64,000 nt of DNA from an uncultured bacterium (GTDB taxonomy: Bacteria; Eisenbacteria; RBG-16-71-46). The position numbers and the translations under genes are program-made. The stretch spans positions 54,459 to 118,458 of the forward strand of contig CAZSQX010000001.1 in the NCBI GenBank assembly GCA_964609125.1, written 5' to 3'. A model generated the notes under the pieces. That model saw only the letters and a program-made list of their open reading frames with translations, did no database searches and was not told where the DNA came from. This document shows positions 18,245 to 27,412 of the stretch, piece by piece (the stretch's first letter is position 1; every line of letters begins with the position of its first letter).

Positions 18245-19473
18245 GCTCCGCTCCGCCCCGGACCGTGCGCCGGTCCCGGCGCGAGCAGCGCGGACAGCCT
18301 CGGGAATGCGCGCGGGATCGCGAGCGAGGCGAGCACGATGAGCTGCGGCTCGACCGGGATCCGGTAACGCGTCTGCGAGAAGAAGAACGCGTAGAAGGCC
18401 GCGGTCGCGAGCGCCGCGCCGGCGAGCAGCACCCGGCCGCGGCCGGGTCCCGCCCCGCGCGCGGCGCCCGCGACCGCGAGCAGGAGCACGAGGCTGAACC
18501 ATGCCGCGCCCGCGAGCAGCACCGGCAGCCGGTTGAAGCGGTTCTGCGAGGTGACCCGGTCCGGCAGCGGTTGGAAGAAGTGCAGCAACTCGAACGCGTA
18601 GTCGTGGAGGTAGGCCGCAGGTCGTGAGCGCAGGAGCCCCCACTCGCGGGCGACGAGCGCGCGGGGCGAGAGTCCGACGAACGGCGTGCCGGGGGCGTGG
18701 CGGATCCAGCGCGGGCGCGAGATCACGGGGTCGGTGCGCGCGAAGTGGAGCACGGCCTGCGCCTTGCCCATGAACACGCGGTCGCCGCCCTGCCTGCGCA
18801 GCAGCTGCAGCGTGGGGAGAGCGAGCAGCGCGGTGGTCGCCGTGGTCACCGCCAGCGCGCGCGCGAGCGCCCAGCCGGCGCGCCGGACGCGGGCGAGCAG
18901 CCACAGCGCCACGGCCGTGAGCGGCGCGACGATGACCATGTCCGTGAGCCAGCCCGCCACCACGAGCACGCCGAGGAGCGCGGCTCGGGCGACCCCCGGC
19001 CGCAGCGAGAGGTCCCACGCGACGACCATGATGCCGAGCAGCAGCGTCGAGTAGAGCACGGTGGGGTAGAGGAGTCCCGAGACGAACACCAGCGTCGGCG
19101 TGAGCGCCACGAGCACCGCGGCCGCGGCGCCGGCTGCACGGTTCCCGATCCGCGTCGCGAGGCCCACCGCCAGCGTCATCTGCACGGCGCACAAGCCTAC
19201 CTGGACCAGGCGGGCGAAGCGGTGGTTCTCCTCACCTCCGATCGCGTACGAGAGCGCGAGCCAGAGCGGATAGAGCGGCGCGCGTGGCGAGGCCTCACCC
19301 AGGCTCACGCCGTGCAGGATCCGCAGCGCGATCTGCTCGTACTCCGGAGTGTCGCCGAAGTAGACCCGGTCGCCGAGGCTCAGGACGTGCGCGAGGCGCG
19401 CGGCCAGGCCGATCGCGATCCACGTCCAGGGGGCGCTCCACCACGGCGAACCGGTCGGGCGGGGGACGTTCAC
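18241..19473 (-). CDS. GT-C glycosyltransferase, GT39 / ArnT / PMT-like
   Basis: GTG at 19473 in GTGA overlap. The first-loop motif YFGDTPEYEQIALRIL resembles ArnT DExRYAEI. Multi-TM, 410 aa. Confidence 0.75.
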   Translation of the reverse strand: MNVPRPTGSPWWSAPWTWIAIGLAARLAHVLSLGDRVYFGDTPEYEQIALRILHGVSLGEASPRAPLYPLWLALSYAIGGEENHRFARLVQVGLCAVQMTLAVGLATRIGNRAAGAAAAVLVALTPTLVFVSGLLYPTVLYSTLLLGIMVVAWDLSLRPGVARAALLGVLVVAGWLTDMVIVAPLTAVALWLLARVRRAGWALARALAVTTATTALLALPTLQLLRRQGGDRVFMGKAQAVLHFARTDPVISRPRWIRHAPGTPFVGLSPRALVAREWGLLRSRPAAYLHDYAFELLHFFQPLPDRVTSQNRFNRLPVLLAGAAWFSLVLLLAVAGAARGAGPGRGRVLLAGAALATAAFYAFFFSQTRYRIPVEPQLIVLASLAIPRAFPRLSALLAPGPAHGPGRSGA

Positions 19474-20456
19474 GTGCGCTCCCCCGCCCCCGCCGGCCGC
19501 CGCCCGCGATCGAGCACGAGGGAGGCGGCGACACCGAGCAGGCCCGGGATCAGCGTGACCACGATGAACCACGAGAGCGAGAACACGACGCCGGTCGCCG
19601 CGCCGGCGCCGAGCTCGTGGAACACCGTGGCGCTCACCTGTTCGCGGAGTCCCAGCCCGCCGAGCGCGATGGGTAGGTTGCCGAGAAGCGGCAGGAGCGG
19701 CAGCCCGAGCAGGAGCAGGTGCGACGCCTGCGGCGCGAGGTCCCGGAGCAGGATCCAGGCGGCCGGGATCGTGAGCGCATAGAAGAACGTCCCCCAGGCG
19801 AAGCTCGATGGCCCGAGCCCGCCGCGCAGCATCTCCTGCGAGCGGAGGGACCAGCTTTGGATCGGAGCCGTGAACGTGGGAAGCAGCCGGCTGGCGCCCC
19901 GGTGGAACGCCGGGCTCGCCAGCAGCGACAGGCCTACCACGGTCGCCAGCACGACGAGCACGAAACCCACCAGCAGCGGCCCGCGCCACGCCGGAACGAA
20001 CACGAACCCGGGCACGCACAGGAGCTCGAGGAGGATCACGTCGGCCATGCGGTCCCACACCGCCGAGGTCAGCGTGGCCGAGCGCGGCGCGGACAGGTGC
20101 AGGACGCGGGCGAGCTCGCCGACGCGTCCCGGCGTGAACAGACCGTAGAAAGTGCCAACCAGCGTGAGCCGGTATCCGTCCCACACCGACAACAAGACGC
20201 CGCACCGGCGAAGCAGCAGGGTCCAGCGCAGCGACCGGCCGAGGTAGCCCACGAGCGAGAGCGCGAGACAGACGAGCAGCGTCCGCGGACGGAGGCCGGC
20301 CAGCGCGGCGCGGGCGTCCTCCAGCGGCACCCTCCACGCGAGCAGCACCAGCAGCAGGACCGAGGCGAGGAGCTGCAGGAGCAGGCCGAGGCGGGCCCGG
20401 CTCACGGGGCCCCGGCCGGGCACGCCGGGCTCACTCGGGCCCCCGTCCCGCGCCAC
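19470..20456 (-). CDS. UPF0104 'flippase-like' membrane protein (paralogue of 4726..5733)
   Basis: Multi-TM protein with the same family look (LLQLLASVLLLVLLAWRV...). The start is GTG 20456 (26-nt overlap) or GTG 20423. Confidence 0.65.
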   Translation of the reverse strand: MARDGGPSEPGVPGRGPVSRARLGLLLQLLASVLLLVLLAWRVPLEDARAALAGLRPRTLLVCLALSLVGYLGRSLRWTLLLRRCGVLLSVWDGYRLTLVGTFYGLFTPGRVGELARVLHLSAPRSATLTSAVWDRMADVILLELLCVPGFVFVPAWRGPLLVGFVLVVLATVVGLSLLASPAFHRGASRLLPTFTAPIQSWSLRSQEMLRGGLGPSSFAWGTFFYALTIPAAWILLRDLAPQASHLLLLGLPLLPLLGNLPIALGGLGLREQVSATVFHELGAGAATGVVFSLSWFIVVTLIPGLLGVAASLVLDRGRRPAGAGERT

Positions 20457-21399
20457 CGCGGTCGAGCCGCTGCAGCCGCGAGTTGACCACGAGTTCCTCG
20501 AGCAGCCGGCGGTTCATCGCCGTGAGGTCGGCGAGCACGCCCAGCGCCAGCAGCAGCGTGCCCATCACCGCGAGCGCGCCGGCCACGATGACCGACTGGA
20601 TGTGACCCGTCTGGCCGGGAATCGTGAAGTAGAGCCAGGCGAAGCGCGCGAACAGCACGAGCGCCGCCAGCAGGAAGCCGGCGGCGAGCGTGAAGAAGAA
20701 GCGCAGCGGGCGGTAGAGCAGGTACACGCGCGCCATGGTGCCGAGCGAGCGCGTGACGTAGGAGCCCATGCCGCGGAACAGCCGGGACTCGCGCAGCTTG
20801 CCGTTCACACGGATCGGGACATGCGCGATCGCGATGTTCTTCTGGCTCGCCTGGATCAGCGTCTCGAGCGTGTAGGTGAAGCCGGTGAGCACCGTGAGCC
20901 GGAGCGCGGCTTCGCGGCTGTAGGCGCGGAACCCCGAAGTGGCGTCCGGCACGTCCGAGGCGGACAGCGCGCGGACGACGGCGCTGCCCAGGCGCTGGAG
21001 GAGCTTCTTGAGCCCGGAGAAGTGGGCGATGGACTCGATCGGCCGGCTGCCCACCACCATGTCGGCGCGGCGCTCCAGGATCGGCTGCACGAGCTTCGCG
21101 ATGTCGGCGCCCACGTACTGGTTGTCGGCGTCCGTGTTGACGATGACGTCCGCGCCCATGGCGAGCGCCTCGCGCAGGCCCGTGTCGAAGGCGCGCGCGA
21201 GTCCGCGCCGGGCGGGGAAGCGCACGACGCGGGTCACGCCCTGGCGCCGGGCCGCTTCGCTCGTGGCGTCCGAGCTGCCGTCGTCGATGACGAGCGTCTC
21301 GATGCAGTCGATGCCCGGGATGCTCCGGGGCAGGTCGGCGAGCGTGACCGGCAGCGTCTCCTGCTCGTTGAGGCACGGGATCTGGATGACGAGCTTCAT
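20431..21399 (-). CDS. GT2 polyprenol-phosphate hexose synthase-like with C-terminal TM helices (Dpm1/Ppm1/ArnC type)
   Basis: MKLVIQIPCLNEQETL, LVIDDGSSD, NTDADNQY and TSGFRAYSREA, plus two C-terminal hydrophobic helices. Confidence 0.8.
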   Translation of the reverse strand: MKLVIQIPCLNEQETLPVTLADLPRSIPGIDCIETLVIDDGSSDATSEAARRQGVTRVVRFPARRGLARAFDTGLREALAMGADVIVNTDADNQYVGADIAKLVQPILERRADMVVGSRPIESIAHFSGLKKLLQRLGSAVVRALSASDVPDATSGFRAYSREAALRLTVLTGFTYTLETLIQASQKNIAIAHVPIRVNGKLRESRLFRGMGSYVTRSLGTMARVYLLYRPLRFFFTLAAGFLLAALVLFARFAWLYFTIPGQTGHIQSVIVAGALAVMGTLLLALGVLADLTAMNRRLLEELVVNSRLQRLDRGGAGRGPE

Positions 21400-21466
21400 G
21401 GGCAGCGGGTCCCCTCGCCGGCGGCGGCGGCGGCATGATGCCCGAGCGCCCGGGGTGTGGCCACCC

Positions 21467-23392
21467 TCACGCCGCTCCCGCCACGACGCGCGCCGGCACG
21501 CGCCAGGCCTCGGGTCGGCGGCCGTCGCCGTCGATCCAGGCCTGGTGCCAGAGCTCCAGCGTGAGCAGCGTCCACAGCTCGCGCGCCCGGTCCCGACGGC
21601 CGCCCAGGTGGTCGTCCACCGCCGCGCGCAGCGGCCCGGGCTCGTACCACCCGCGCTGCAGGCAGCGCGCGGACAGCAGCGTGTCCGCGAGCAGAGCGCG
21701 GAGCGGTCCGCGGAACCACGGCGAGAGCGGCACGGTGAAGCCCACCTTGGGCCGGTCCACCACCGAGACGGGCAGCAGTTCGCGCGCGAGGCGCTTGAGC
21801 AGGACCTTGCCCTCGAGCCGGCGCACCTTGTGGTCCGCGCCGAGCTTGAGCGCCCACTCCACGAGCGGCCGGTCGAGCAACGGCACGCGCGCCTCCACCG
21901 AAGCGGCCATGCTCATCTTGTCCATCTTCGCGAGCAGGTCGTCGGCGAGCCACAGCCGCAGGTCCACGTCCAGCATGCGATCGAGAGCCGTGCGCGCCCG
22001 GGTGTCCGCCAGCGCCTCACGGAACGGCCGGGTGCCGGCCCCGCCGCGGTCGCGGAGCGGGCCCGCCAGCAGCCGGTCGCGCTCGGCGCCCACGAAGCCC
22101 GCGAACCAGGCTGCCAGCCGCTCGGGCTCGTCGCGGAAGCGCGCGCTCCGCGCCACCACCTGCAGCTTGCGGAATCGGAACGGCAGGCGGTCCACGACGC
22201 CGGACAGGAGCGCGTCACGGAGCGGCCGCGGCAGCCGCGACAGCCGTCGCGCGAGCGGCTCGGCGGCATGCTTGGGATATCCGGCGAACAGCTCGTCGCC
22301 GCCCTCCCCGGTGAGCACGACCGTCACGGTCTCGCGCGCGAGCCTCGACACCATGTACGTCGGGATCGCCGCCGGTTCGCTCACCGGCTCGTCCTGGTGC
22401 CAGACCAGCGACGGCAGCTCGCGCAGCAGGTCCCCGGCGCCGACCGTCAGCTCGTGGTGGTCGGTGCGGCAGTGCCGGGCGACCTCGCGCGCGAACGGCA
22501 GCTCGCTGTAGGGCCCCGGCGCGTCGAAGCCCACCGAGAACGTCTGCACCGGGCGCGCGCTCATCCGGCTCATGAGCGCGACCACCAGGCTCGAATCCAC
22601 GCCGCCCGAGAGCAGCGCTCCGAGCGGCACCTCGCTCATCAGGTGGCTGCGCACGGAATCCTCGAGCCGGCGCTCCAGCTCGCCCGTGGCCGCCGCCGGG
22701 TCGAGCGGCTGCTTGGGCTCGTACTCCGCGCGCCACCAGCGCTCCATCCGCGCCTCGCCCCCCTCGACGCACAGCCCGTGGCCGGGGGGCAGCTTGTGCA
22801 CGCCCTCGAACAGCGTGCGCGGTGCCGCGGCGTAGCGGAGCGTGAGGTGCTGGACGACCGCCTCGAGGTCGGCGCTCCGGGCGGTGCCGGGGAACGCGAA
22901 CAGCGCCTTCAGCTCCGAGGCGAACACGAACGCGCCGCCCGCCCGCGTCCAGTAGAGCGGCTTGATCCCCACGTGGTCGCGCGCCGCGAACAGCCGCCGG
23001 CGCGGCCGGTCCCAGATCGCGAACGCGAACATGCCCCGCAGCCGCCGGACGAACGCCGGACCCCATTCCTCGTAGGCGTGGACCAGCGTCTCGGTGTCGC
23101 TCGCGGTGCGGTAGCGGTGCCCGGCGCGCTCCAGCTCGCGGCGAAGCTCGGCGTGGTTGTAGATCTCGCCGTTGTACGCGATCCACACCGTGCCGTCCTC
23201 GTTCGCGAGCGGCTGGTGGCCGCCCGCGACGTCCACGATGGACAGCCGGCGGAACGCGAGGCCCGCCCCGGGCTCGGCGAGGAAGCCCTCGTCGTCCGGC
23301 CCGCGATGACGGAGCGCGGCGGCCGCGGCCTCGAGCCATGCCCGCTGGGGCGTGGCGCCCTCCGGGTGGTGGTACGCCGCGAATCCGCACAT
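21467..23392 (-). CDS. asnB: asparagine synthetase family amidotransferase, second copy
   Basis: ATG at 23392 followed by CG (MCGFAAY). PP-loop LLSGGVDSS. 641 aa. The ORF-track extension to 24145 is GC-frame junk. Confidence 0.85.
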   Translation of the reverse strand: MCGFAAYHHPEGATPQRAWLEAAAAALRHRGPDDEGFLAEPGAGLAFRRLSIVDVAGGHQPLANEDGTVWIAYNGEIYNHAELRRELERAGHRYRTASDTETLVHAYEEWGPAFVRRLRGMFAFAIWDRPRRRLFAARDHVGIKPLYWTRAGGAFVFASELKALFAFPGTARSADLEAVVQHLTLRYAAAPRTLFEGVHKLPPGHGLCVEGGEARMERWWRAEYEPKQPLDPAAATGELERRLEDSVRSHLMSEVPLGALLSGGVDSSLVVALMSRMSARPVQTFSVGFDAPGPYSELPFAREVARHCRTDHHELTVGAGDLLRELPSLVWHQDEPVSEPAAIPTYMVSRLARETVTVVLTGEGGDELFAGYPKHAAEPLARRLSRLPRPLRDALLSGVVDRLPFRFRKLQVVARSARFRDEPERLAAWFAGFVGAERDRLLAGPLRDRGGAGTRPFREALADTRARTALDRMLDVDLRLWLADDLLAKMDKMSMAASVEARVPLLDRPLVEWALKLGADHKVRRLEGKVLLKRLARELLPVSVVDRPKVGFTVPLSPWFRGPLRALLADTLLSARCLQRGWYEPGPLRAAVDDHLGGRRDRARELWTLLTLELWHQAWIDGDGRRPEAWRVPARVVAGAA

Positions 23393-23397
23393 GGCCG

Positions 23398-24072
23398 CTA
23401 GACGAGGCCCAGGCGCTTGCGGAACAGGAACACCAGGTTCCGCCAGCCGTCCCGCCACTTCTGCAGCTTCACCTCGCCGATGCGGGCGCCGTAGTGGATG
23501 TGCGACTCGCCGAATCGGAACCCGCGCACGATCGCCTCGAGCTTGATCTCCTGGCTGAACGGCATGCCGTCCGAGGTGACGCGCAGCTTCTCGAGCAGCG
23601 GACGCCGGAACACCCACATGCCGGACTGGCTGTCGCGGATGGGCTTGAAGAACAGCAACATCGCGGTCACGGTGAGCACCGCGTTGCCGAGCCGGTTCGT
23701 GAGCCCCATCGCGCGCCGGTCGGCGAGCGGGAACCGGCACGCGGACAGGAAGTCCCAGCCGCGCGCCACCAGCTCGTCCACGAGCGCCGGGATCGCCTCG
23801 GGAGGATACGTGCCGTCGCCGTCGAGCGTCACGATGACGTCGCCCGTCGCGGCGCGGAGCCCGGCCTTGTAGGCGGCCCCGTAACCCGGGCGCGACTCGT
23901 GGACGACCACCGCGCCCAGCGAGCGCGCGACCTCGGCCGTGCGGTCCGTGCAGTTGTTGTCCACGACCACGATCTCGTCCACGTCCTTCGGACATCGCCC
24001 GATGACCTCTCGGACGCCGTCCTCTTCGTTGTAGCAGGGGATGACGAGGCTGAGCTTGAGGTTCTGGCGCAT
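23398..24072 (-). CDS. GT2 glycosyltransferase (small, soluble)
   Basis: MRQNLKLSLVIPCYNEEDG, VVVDNNCTD and TLDGDGTY. 224 aa. The TAG stop is 5 nt before the asnB ATG. Confidence 0.8.
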   Translation of the reverse strand: MRQNLKLSLVIPCYNEEDGVREVIGRCPKDVDEIVVVDNNCTDRTAEVARSLGAVVVHESRPGYGAAYKAGLRAATGDVIVTLDGDGTYPPEAIPALVDELVARGWDFLSACRFPLADRRAMGLTNRLGNAVLTVTAMLLFFKPIRDSQSGMWVFRRPLLEKLRVTSDGMPFSQEIKLEAIVRGFRFGESHIHYGARIGEVKLQKWRDGWRNLVFLFRKRLGLV

Positions 24073-24327
24073 CCGGTCGGAAAGGTCCGGGAGGGGGGCG
24101 CGGGCGGCGCGAGGGGCCCGCAGCATGGCGGACGGGGCGGGGCACGACTGCGTGAGAAGCCTATCAGCCGCGCGAGTGAACCGCCAAGCTGCGGGGCGCC
24201 CCGCGAGCGCTCCCGGCCGGTGCGTGCGTGCAGGCTGCAACGGCCGGCTCTCGGCGCCGTCGCCGACGCCTGCGCGGGGCGAGCGCGGGCGCGGCCGGGC
24301 GGCCGCGCTGTGATAGCCTGAGACGGC

Positions 24328-25095
24328 ATGCGCGCGCGCCCCCACGAGCCCCTCGACCCGCCCGCCGAGCGCCTCGGGCTCATCGAGCCCCGCCGGGTCG
24401 CGGTCGTGGTGCCGGCCTGGAACGAGCAGGGCAAGATCGGCGACGTGGTCCGCAAGGTCCCGCGCCGGTGGGCGGGGACCGTGATCGTCGTGGACGACCA
24501 CTCCTCGGACGGCACGGCCGAAGAGGCCCGGGCCGCGGGAGCGGACGTCGTGATCCGGCACGAGCGCAACCGGGGTGTCGGGGCGGGTATCCGCACCGGG
24601 CTCCTCGAGGCCAGGCGCCGCGGCATCGAGTTCGCGGCGGTCCTGTCCGGGGACGACCAGCATGAGCCCGACGAGCTGCCGCGGATCCTGGTACCCCTGT
24701 TCGCCGGCGAGGCCGACCTCGTCCAGGGGAGTCGCTGGCTGCCCGGCGGCGCCACGCCCGGGATCCCGCCCGACCGCCGCTGGCTCACGCGGCTCTACCC
24801 GCTGCTGTTCCGGCTCGCGAGCGGGTTCCCGATCACCGACGGCACGAACGGCATGCGCGCTTTCCGCCTCGCCCTGCTGGATGCGCCGGGAGTCCGGCTC
24901 GAGCAGGACTGGCTCGACCGTTACGAGCTCGAGCCCTACCTCCTGTTCCAGGTCATCCGCGGCCGCCACCGGGTGCGCGAGGCGCCGGTCACGGTCCGCT
25001 ATCATGGGCGCGGCACCACGAAGATGCGGTTGTTCCGCGACGGCTGGCGCATCCTGCGCCCGCTCGTCTACCTGCGCCTCGGCCTGCGTCACTGA
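24328..25095 (+). CDS. GT2 glycosyltransferase (Dpm1-like, soluble)
   Basis: VAVVVPAWNEQ, VIVVDDHSSDGT and LSGDDQHEP. It is divergent from the GT2 at 23398..24072. Confidence 0.8.
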   Translation: MRARPHEPLDPPAERLGLIEPRRVAVVVPAWNEQGKIGDVVRKVPRRWAGTVIVVDDHSSDGTAEEARAAGADVVIRHERNRGVGAGIRTGLLEARRRGIEFAAVLSGDDQHEPDELPRILVPLFAGEADLVQGSRWLPGGATPGIPPDRRWLTRLYPLLFRLASGFPITDGTNGMRAFRLALLDAPGVRLEQDWLDRYELEPYLLFQVIRGRHRVREAPVTVRYHGRGTTKMRLFRDGWRILRPLVYLRLGLRH

Positions 25096-25114
25096 CCCCG
25101 GAGGGACGTCCCTC

Positions 25115-26083
25115 ATGATCCCGCTCGAGAACACGCGCGTGCTCGTGACCGGAGGCGCCGGCTTCATCGGCTGCAACCTGGTCCGCCGCCTGCTCCGCGA
25201 CGGGGCACGCGTCACCGTGCTCGACGACCTGTTCACCGGCCGGCTCGAGAACCTGCCGCGGGAGGGGATCGAGTTCGTGAAGGGCTCGGTGTGCGACGCC
25301 GGCACGGTCGAGAAGCTGGTGCGCGAGGCCGAGGTCGTCTTCCACGCCGCCGCGCGCAACATCGTGGTGTCCACGCGCAACCCGCGCGAGGACTTCGAGA
25401 CCAACATCGGCGGCACGCTCAACGTGCTCATGGCGGCGCGCTCGGCGGGGGCGAGCGTGCGACGCGTCGTCTACACCTCGTCCACCTCCGTGTACGGGAA
25501 CCCGCGCTACCTGCCCATCAACGAGGACGACCACCTGTCGCTGCTCACGCCGTACGCCGTCTCGAAGCTCGGCGGCGAGAACTACTGCATGGCGTTCTTC
25601 GAGAGCTACGGCGTGCCGGCCACCGCGGTGCGCTACTCGAACGTCTACGGCCCGGGGCAGGATCCGGCCAACCCCTACTGCGGCGTGGTCGCGAAGTTCA
25701 TCGAGAGCCTTTTCGCCGGGCGGCCGCCCGTGATCCACGGCGACGGCGAGCAGACGCGCGACTTCACGTTCGTGGACGACGCGGTCGAGGCCACCGTGCT
25801 GGCCGCGCAGTCGGACCGCGCGCTCGGCGAGGTGTTCAACGTCGGGACCGGGGTCGAGACGCGCGTGAACGAGCTGGCCGCCACGCTGATCCGGATCGTG
25901 GGAGCGGACGTGGCGCCGGAGCACACGAACCGCCGCGACGTGGACAACATCCGCCGGCGCGTGGTGAACATCGAGAAGACGCGGCGCACGCTGCGCTGGA
26001 TCCCCGACACCACGCTCGAGAACGGGCTGCGCCGGACCGTGACCTGGCAGCGGGAGCAGGGGCCGGGGCAGGGGCGGGGGTGA
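25115..26083 (+). CDS. NAD-dependent epimerase/dehydratase (extended SDR; UDP-glucuronate decarboxylase / UDP-hexose 4-epimerase-like)
   Basis: GGAGG lies 8 nt upstream of ATG 25115. Motifs VLVTGGAGFIG, DDLFTGR and YAVSKL (YxxxK). Confidence 0.85.
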   Translation: MIPLENTRVLVTGGAGFIGCNLVRRLLRDGARVTVLDDLFTGRLENLPREGIEFVKGSVCDAGTVEKLVREAEVVFHAAARNIVVSTRNPREDFETNIGGTLNVLMAARSAGASVRRVVYTSSTSVYGNPRYLPINEDDHLSLLTPYAVSKLGGENYCMAFFESYGVPATAVRYSNVYGPGQDPANPYCGVVAKFIESLFAGRPPVIHGDGEQTRDFTFVDDAVEATVLAAQSDRALGEVFNVGTGVETRVNELAATLIRIVGADVAPEHTNRRDVDNIRRRVVNIEKTRRTLRWIPDTTLENGLRRTVTWQREQGPGQGRG

Positions 26084-26994
26084 GCGCCCCACGCGGGCCG
26101 CACGGGCGACCGCCCCGTCCGGGCGGAGGCGGCCCGGCGGAGGGCGGGGACCGCCGCCGGTTCATCGAGCACACGCTCCGCGAGCGGGACGACGCCGGCG
26201 GGCGAGCGCTGCTCGAGGCGGAGTGGCGCTACATCGGCCCGCTGCTGGGCGCCCGGGCGGGCGAGCCGCTGGACGTGCTCGACCTGGCGTGCGGCTCGGG
26301 GCACCAGTCCCTGGCCTGGGCCGAGCGCGGATTCCGCCTGACCGGACTCGACTTCGACCACGGCCTGCTCCTCGCCGGGCGCGAGCGCGTGCGGCGCGCG
26401 TCGGCGGGCCGGCTCGCCGTGCGCTGGGCGTGCGGCGACGCCACCCGGCTCCCGTTCCGCGACCGCGCCTTCGACGTGGTTTTCAACAACTCGCTGCTCG
26501 AGCACGTCCCCGACTGGCGCGCGGTGCTCGCGGAGACGGCGCGTGTCCTGCGCCCGGGCGGCCTGTTCGTGATGTACACGACCAATCGCTGGTGCCCCCT
26601 CCAGCAGGAGGTGAACGGGTTCCCGTTCTACCCGTGGCTGCCGGACCCGGTGCAGAGGCGAGCCCTCGCCTGGATCATGACCCACCGCCGGGATCTCGTG
26701 AACTTCACGGATTTCCCGGCGATCCACTGGTTCACGTTCGGCGGCATGCGTCGTGCATTCCGGCAGGTGGGGCTCGAGCCCTTCGATCGACTGGACCTCA
26801 TGGCCCGCCAGCGGCCCCGGGGCTGGCGCGGCGCGCTCGTGCGCACGCTCGCCCTCGGCGGGGTGTCCAAGTGGCCCTACCAGTTGTACGCCATCTCGAT
26901 GGCGCTCTACGGCGTCCGTCGCGACGGGCCATCCGCGGCTCCCGCACGTGACTCCGGCGTCTCGGGGCAGGAGGCCCTCGGGGGAGCCAAATGA
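26080..26994 (+). CDS. class I SAM-dependent methyltransferase
   Basis: GTG at 26080 in GTGA overlap. Motif I VLDLACGSG. Acidic motif II. Confidence 0.7.
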   Translation: MSAPRGPHGRPPRPGGGGPAEGGDRRRFIEHTLRERDDAGGRALLEAEWRYIGPLLGARAGEPLDVLDLACGSGHQSLAWAERGFRLTGLDFDHGLLLAGRERVRRASAGRLAVRWACGDATRLPFRDRAFDVVFNNSLLEHVPDWRAVLAETARVLRPGGLFVMYTTNRWCPLQQEVNGFPFYPWLPDPVQRRALAWIMTHRRDLVNFTDFPAIHWFTFGGMRRAFRQVGLEPFDRLDLMARQRPRGWRGALVRTLALGGVSKWPYQLYAISMALYGVRRDGPSAAPARDSGVSGQEALGGAK

Positions 26995-27412
26995 CCCGGC
27001 TCGCGGATCACCTCACCGGATCCGGCTTCGCTCCCGGCGAACTCCCCCCGTCCGCCTCGGGCGAGCGGCGCGGACCCGAAATCCGAGGTTGAATCCGCTG
27101 TCACGTCGTTGCTAACATCGCGAACAGAGCACCCGTCCACCCTTGGTCCACCGGAGGCCCACGCGACGAACCTTTGATAACTGGGTGTGCAGTACACGAG
27201 CTCCACCTCGGGTCGTCGAGAGACGACCGGGAAGCCCGGCTGACCGGGCCAAGCTTCTGAGGATACGACATCTTGGTTCCCCCCCTGTCGCTCGTACTCG
27301 ATCACTCCCAGTTCCGTGCGGGAATGCTGACGCGAGTGTCCTAGAGAGCCCCGGGGCGATGTTCCGCCACGTGGCTTTTTTTGGTGGGCGACGACAACTG
27401 AGAGCAGCCGTG
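26995..27412 (+). promoter_or_regulatory. longest intergenic region in window, a lower-GC leader/promoter region upstream of the priming glycosyltransferase
   Basis: About 418 nt without convincing coding signal. It contains a TTGATA -35-like hexamer near 27174, a hairpin ggtcgtc-GAGA-gacgacc at 27211-27228, a hairpin gcccgg-ctga-ccgggc at 27234-27249, and the palindrome gccacgtggc followed by T7 at 27366-27382. Confidence 0.35.

Noticed and set aside
24073-24327. ORF 24041..24313 (+) in the divergent region between two GT2 genes.
   Set aside because: It overlaps the minus-strand GT2 start and is Arg-rich. The region is more plausibly a bidirectional promoter.
27143-27412. TTG-initiated extension of the priming-transferase ORF across the intergenic leader.
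   Set aside because: The region has lower GC and no codon-position GC skew. The translated sequence is not protein-like, and an ATG at 27413 precedes the conserved TM helix.
26995-27412. JUMPStart/ops (GGCGGTAG) anti-termination element expected upstream of long polysaccharide operons.
   Set aside because: The motif was not found in this leader by eye. It is a proteobacterial element and may not apply to this organism.
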